From Planctomycetota bacterium (lineage in GTDB: Bacteria; Planctomycetota; PLA2; JAEUHO01): a stretch of DNA of 29,643 bases. Both the position numbers and the translations under genes were made by a program. The stretch is taken from NCBI GenBank assembly GCA_050248855.1, contig JBFWRP010000037.1:1-29643 (forward strand), given 5' to 3'. A model generated the notes under the pieces. That model was not told the DNA's origin. It ran no database searches and worked only from the letters and a program-made list of their open reading frames with translations. Positions 25,739 to 29,643 of the stretch are shown piece after piece (the stretch's first letter is position 1; every line of letters starts with the position of its first letter).

Positions 25739-27369
25739 GCTGGGCCGGCGCCTCCGCCCGTCAGCTGGGCAGCGTGCTGTGGAAGTGGAAGTGGACCTAC
25801 GCGGTCCCGGTGGCCACGTTGCTGCTCCCGGCCACGCTCTACGCGCTTCGGCTGCCCAACACCTACGACGTGGGCGCCGTCATCCAGATCAACGAGAAGA
25901 TGACCGCGGGCGCCACGCGCATCGTGGGGCCCAGCGCGCGCGACGAGAACGCCTTCGAGCTGGTCAACAAGACGCGCGACCGCCTGCTGGCCTCGGACAA
26001 CGTGCGGGCCTTCGCGGCGGAGCTCGATCCGACCGCGAACCTGGCCGACCCCGAGGTCATCCAGAAGCATGCCGAGCGGATCGAGTGGAACCGCCTGGGC
26101 GACAACGCCTTCAGCGTGCGCACCACGTTCACCGACGGCCCGGTGGCCGAGCGCGCCGTCAACGCGCTGATCGACCGCTTCCTGGCCAACGAGAAGCGCC
26201 CCTACGTCGAAGAGGCGGAGAAGAAGCACGAGTTCTCGATCGAGCATCGCAAGCAGGCGGAGGTGGCCTACGAGGCCTCCCGCGGCGAGCTCGAGGCCTT
26301 CTACGCCAAGCACGAGGGCAAGGGCACGCTCGACCTCGAGGTCACGCGCCTGGAGCGCGAGCTGGACGCCCGGCGCAACCAGCTCGACGAGCTGCAGCGC
26401 GAGCGGGTCGCGGCGGGCCTCGAGATCCAGCGGATCGAGGACGAGCTGGCCCACGGCGAGGCCGGCCTCGAAGACGTCAAGTCGCGTCCGGCGACCACGC
26501 AGGAGGAGCTCCTGGCCGACCGCATGAAGGGCGAGCAGGAGGCGCTGACGGCCTCGCGCGCCGACTTCGCGCAGAAGCGGGCCACGAAGACCGAGGAGCA
26601 CCCGAGCGTCATCCGCGCGCGTCGCGAGATGGAGACGCTCGAGGCGCGCGTCCGCGCCACGGCCGCCGAGCTCGAGCAGGTGCGTCGCGTCGAGGACGAG
26701 GCGTGGCTGGCCCGCGTCCGCGAGGACCGCGACCAGATCGTGCGCCAGCGCCGGGACCGGCTCGTGGTCGCCAAGGCGCGCGTCGGGGAGATCGACGACG
26801 AGCTCCGGACCTTGGCCGTGCAGGAGCGCGAGCTCTTCGCCAAGCTCAGGGCTGCGCCCCTCCTGCAGGAAGAGGTCAAGCCCTTCATCGCCAAGCGCGA
26901 GCTGGCGTACGAGACGCTCAAGAACGCGCGCAAGGCCGAGATCGAGCTCGAGAGCCAGCGCCGCTTCACCGAGACCGCCCCCGCTTCGCTCGTGACGCCG
27001 TACCAGCTGGTGGAGCCCGCCGTGGCCCCGGCCACGCCCACGGGTCCGTCGCGCAAGAAGTACCTGGTGATGGCGCTCGCGGGCGGCCTGCTGCTGGGCT
27101 ACGGCTTCATGCTGCTGCGCCGCCGCTACGACGACAGCACGGTGGTCGATGCCCGCGACGTGGCCGGCATGCTGCCCGGTGCCCTCGTGGTCGAGGTGCC
27201 GCGTCTGGAACAGGGACCGCTGGTCCCGGTGCGTAGCGTCGCCCGTGACGTCGTGTTCGGGGGCTGGGTGGCCGGCTGCCTGGGCGTCGCCGCGATGGCG
27301 ATGGCCGCGCACTACGGCCTGCTCGACGCACCGGCGTGGCTCGCACGCCTGCTCGAGAAGGGGGCGTGA
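25735..27369 (+). CDS. Polysaccharide chain-length determinant / co-polymerase (GumC/Wzc N-terminal type), 544 aa
   Basis: ATGA overlap; N-terminal TM (WKWTYAVPVATLLLP), long coiled coil with TEEHPSVI, LVEPAVAPATPTGPSR then TM, plus a further C-terminal hydrophobic helix. Confidence 0.85.
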   Translation: MSWAGASARQLGSVLWKWKWTYAVPVATLLLPATLYALRLPNTYDVGAVIQINEKMTAGATRIVGPSARDENAFELVNKTRDRLLASDNVRAFAAELDPTANLADPEVIQKHAERIEWNRLGDNAFSVRTTFTDGPVAERAVNALIDRFLANEKRPYVEEAEKKHEFSIEHRKQAEVAYEASRGELEAFYAKHEGKGTLDLEVTRLERELDARRNQLDELQRERVAAGLEIQRIEDELAHGEAGLEDVKSRPATTQEELLADRMKGEQEALTASRADFAQKRATKTEEHPSVIRARREMETLEARVRATAAELEQVRRVEDEAWLARVREDRDQIVRQRRDRLVVAKARVGEIDDELRTLAVQERELFAKLRAAPLLQEEVKPFIAKRELAYETLKNARKAEIELESQRRFTETAPASLVTPYQLVEPAVAPATPTGPSRKKYLVMALAGGLLLGYGFMLLRRRYDDSTVVDARDVAGMLPGALVVEVPRLEQGPLVPVRSVARDVVFGGWVAGCLGVAAMAMAAHYGLLDAPAWLARLLEKGA

Positions 27370-27371
27370 CG

Positions 27372-28070
27372 ATGGCCGACCCGACTCCCTCCTCCGGCGG
27401 CTCGAACGGTACGTCCGCGCTGGCGCTGCGCGAGGGTGCGCGGCCCGGCGGCCTCCTGGCCGTCCACCAAGGTCGTCGCCTCGAGCCCGTCGAGAAGCCG
27501 CGCCCCGAGTCGGCGCGCGGCTACATGCGGCTCACGGCCCACATCCTGTTGCAGAGCCAGCGCCGCGACTTCCGCACGATCGGCGTGGTCAGCGCGCGCG
27601 ACGGCGAAGGCAAGACGACGGCCGCCGTGAACCTGGCCGTATGCCTGGGGCGAACGCGCGGTCGCGCGGGTCGCGTGCTGCTCGTCGACGGCGACAGCCA
27701 GCGCCGCACGCTGACGCGGACCTTGGCAGGGGACCACCCCGGGCCGCACCCGAGCCTGCTCGAGACGCCCTTCGAGGGCGTGGACCTGATGACGGCGCCC
27801 GACGGCGAGGACGGCTTCACGCTCCACGACCCGGCCGCCTGGGCGCACACGCTGCACGAGCTGCGCCCCAGCTACGCGCAGATCGTCATCGACTGCCCCT
27901 CCATCCTCGACAACCCCGAAGGCATCGTGCTTCGCGACTGCGTCGAGGAGCTCGTCGTCGTCGTCCAGAGCGGCCGTACCCCCAAGCGGGCGCTCCAGAA
28001 GGCCCTCGGCCACGTCACCAAGCGCGTGATCGGCGTCGTGCTCAACGGCGCCCGTCCGCCCAAGGACTGA
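27372..28070 (+). CDS. CpsD/CapB-family (BY-kinase-like) P-loop protein, 232 aa
   Basis: Walker A SARDGEGKTT, A' VLLVDGD, B IVIDCPS, C-terminal GVVLN; directly after the GumC-like gene. Confidence 0.85.
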   Translation: MADPTPSSGGSNGTSALALREGARPGGLLAVHQGRRLEPVEKPRPESARGYMRLTAHILLQSQRRDFRTIGVVSARDGEGKTTAAVNLAVCLGRTRGRAGRVLLVDGDSQRRTLTRTLAGDHPGPHPSLLETPFEGVDLMTAPDGEDGFTLHDPAAWAHTLHELRPSYAQIVIDCPSILDNPEGIVLRDCVEELVVVVQSGRTPKRALQKALGHVTKRVIGVVLNGARPPKD

Positions 28071-28080
28071 TCCCCCGCGC

Positions 28081-29523
28081 ATGACGCCTCCGCCTCCCCC
28101 GCCCACGGCCGTCGCTGTGCGTGAGCTTCGCGCGCCGCCGCGCCCGACCTCGTTGCCGGGGGCCGCGCGCGCGCGACGGCCGCTCTCGCCGGCCAAGCCC
28201 GAGGCCGTGTTGATCCCGCCGGTCGTGGTCTACCTGCTCACGATCGCGGCCACGTTGGCGCTCCACGCCCTGCTCATTCCCGAGCCGAGCGTGCTGACCT
28301 TCCTGCGCCTGACGACGCTGGTGGCCGTCCACATCCCGATCCTGTTCGCGATCCGCATGATCGCGCTCGGCGCCGGGGGACGCCGGGCCGTCGCCGCGGC
28401 CGTGCCCACGGCCTCCGTCGTGCTCGTCGTCCTGATGGACGTGCTGCTGCCCGGTCATTACCTGCACGCGGGTACGTGGGCGCTCGTGGCGCTGATGTCG
28501 TGGCTGTCCTACCCCGTGGCCCGCGCCTGGCAGTCGTGGTGGATCCGCCACCGCCCGGCGCGCGTGACCCTGCTCGCCAGCACCGAGTGGGGCGCGGCCG
28601 AGGCCATCCGGCGCCTCGAGGTGATTCCCGGTCTCGTCGTGACGAACGTGGTCATCCCCGACTGCGACGCACGAGCCGCCGAGCGACTGCTGGATCGCCC
28701 CGTCAGCGGCGGGCCCGGCGATCCGCAGGAGGCCGAACAGCCGATGCGCCTCGAGAAGCGCATCATCGTCAGCTGCCCCGTGCGCGACACAGGCGTGGGC
28801 AGCACGATCGCGCGTCTGGTCGCCCTGGGCCACGCGATCAGCAGCGAGTCGGCCGTGCTGCGTGCCGCCGAGGGGCGCATCGACACGGATCTGGCCAACC
28901 CGCTCAACCTGTTGCTCGGTCGCCCCCGCCACTGGTTCGGGTTCGTGCTCTCGCGCCTGCTCGACATCCTGGCCAGTGCGATCCTGATCGTGCTGCTGAT
29001 CCCGGTGTGGGTGGTCGTCGGCCTGGCCATCGTGCTGGAGGACGGCCGGCCGGTCTTCTACCTGCAGAAGCGCACGGGCCTGCGCGGCAAGACCTTCTCC
29101 GTCATCAAGTTCCGCAGCATGTACCGCGACGCGGAGTCGCGCTCGGGCCCCGTCTGGGCCGCGGAGAACGACCCGCGCATCACCAAGGTCGGTCGCGTGC
29201 TGCGCAAGACGCGGCTTGACGAGCTGCCCCAGCTGTTCAACGTGTTCGTGGGGCAGATGGCCTTGGTGGGGCCGCGCCCCGAGCGCCCGCACTTCTTCCA
29301 GATCCTGCGCCGCGACGTGCCGCTGTTCGACATGCGCACCATCGTGCGCCCCGGCATCACGGGCTGGGCCCAGGTCCGTGCTCCCTACGCCGCGGGCCCC
29401 GAGGACGCGCGCTGCAAGCTCGAGTACGACCTGTACTACGTCTCCCACCGCTCGCCGTGGTTCGACCTCGCCATCCTCTTCGAGACCGTCGGCGTGGCCT
29501 TCTCCGGCAAGGGCGCACGTTAG
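28081..29523 (+). CDS. Priming sugar transferase (polyprenyl glycosylphosphotransferase, WcaJ/WbaP family), 480 aa
   Basis: N-terminal TMs; RLLDI, PVFYLQKRTG, IKFRSM, DPRITKVGRVLRKTRLDELPQLFNV, LVGPRPERP, RPGITGWAQV, YDLYY. Confidence 0.93.
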   Translation: MTPPPPPPTAVAVRELRAPPRPTSLPGAARARRPLSPAKPEAVLIPPVVVYLLTIAATLALHALLIPEPSVLTFLRLTTLVAVHIPILFAIRMIALGAGGRRAVAAAVPTASVVLVVLMDVLLPGHYLHAGTWALVALMSWLSYPVARAWQSWWIRHRPARVTLLASTEWGAAEAIRRLEVIPGLVVTNVVIPDCDARAAERLLDRPVSGGPGDPQEAEQPMRLEKRIIVSCPVRDTGVGSTIARLVALGHAISSESAVLRAAEGRIDTDLANPLNLLLGRPRHWFGFVLSRLLDILASAILIVLLIPVWVVVGLAIVLEDGRPVFYLQKRTGLRGKTFSVIKFRSMYRDAESRSGPVWAAENDPRITKVGRVLRKTRLDELPQLFNVFVGQMALVGPRPERPHFFQILRRDVPLFDMRTIVRPGITGWAQVRAPYAAGPEDARCKLEYDLYYVSHRSPWFDLAILFETVGVAFSGKGAR

Positions 29524-29548
29524 GCCGGTACGGAGTCGGGGAGGATCG

Positions 29549-29643
29549 GTACGGAGTCGGGGGGGTTTACACCCCCCGGCCCCCAAGCACCCCCCCCCGC
29601 GGGAACGCCCGGCCGCCCCCAGGGTGTATCTCACCCCACACCC
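29549..29643. repeat. REP/REPIN-like element (GTAC family), degenerate right arm cut by window end
   Basis: Left arm GTACGGAGTCGGGGGGGTTTACACCCCCCGGC (29549-29580), one base different from 19094-19125; right arm-like AGGGTGTATCTCACCC at 29621-29636; partial extra arm GTACGGAGTCGGG at 29528-29540. Confidence 0.82.

Noticed and set aside
42..29634. Many long overlapping or antisense ORFs (e.g. 2374-3927, 8579-10831, 15576-17888, 28042-29634) and long N-terminal extensions of real genes
   Set aside because: Typical high-GC shadow frames rich in Arg/Gly/Pro/Ala, overlapping genes that have clear family motifs.
1..29643. Transposase, integrase, tRNA (including tRNA-Sec), rRNA or sel genes
   Set aside because: No such motifs recognised; Sec machinery and any REP-mobilising enzyme would have to lie outside the window.

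Overview
Very GC-rich bacterial DNA (taxon cannot be fixed from sequence; protein style is suggestive of Planctomycetota, inference only). Most of the window is a dispersed Wzx/Wzy-type surface polysaccharide (EPS/capsule) locus resembling PEP-CTERM/exosortase-associated EPS clusters: priming sugar transferase, GumC/Wzc-like chain-length protein, split CpsD/CapB kinase, nucleotide-sugar dehydrogenase and epimerase, flippase, polymerase/ligase, GT2 and GT4 glycosyltransferases, two polysaccharide deacetylases, two CapK-like adenylate-forming enzymes, a GT4-GNAT fusion and a beta-helix/FN3 lipoprotein. Interspersed are an ArnT-like transferase, a GDPD and a large hypothetical secreted protein. 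The top hidden feature is an exported TlpA/thioredoxin-fold selenoprotein (17935-18996) that the ORF track splits in two: an in-frame TGA occupies the first Cys position of the CxxC motif (UGPC) and is followed by an fdhF-like SECIS hairpin. Second, a family of 98-bp GTAC-terminated inverted-repeat elements (REP/REPIN-like) marks every convergent junction and both window ends, and one junction holds a mosaic of palindromes plus a 3 x 94-bp tandem repeat.
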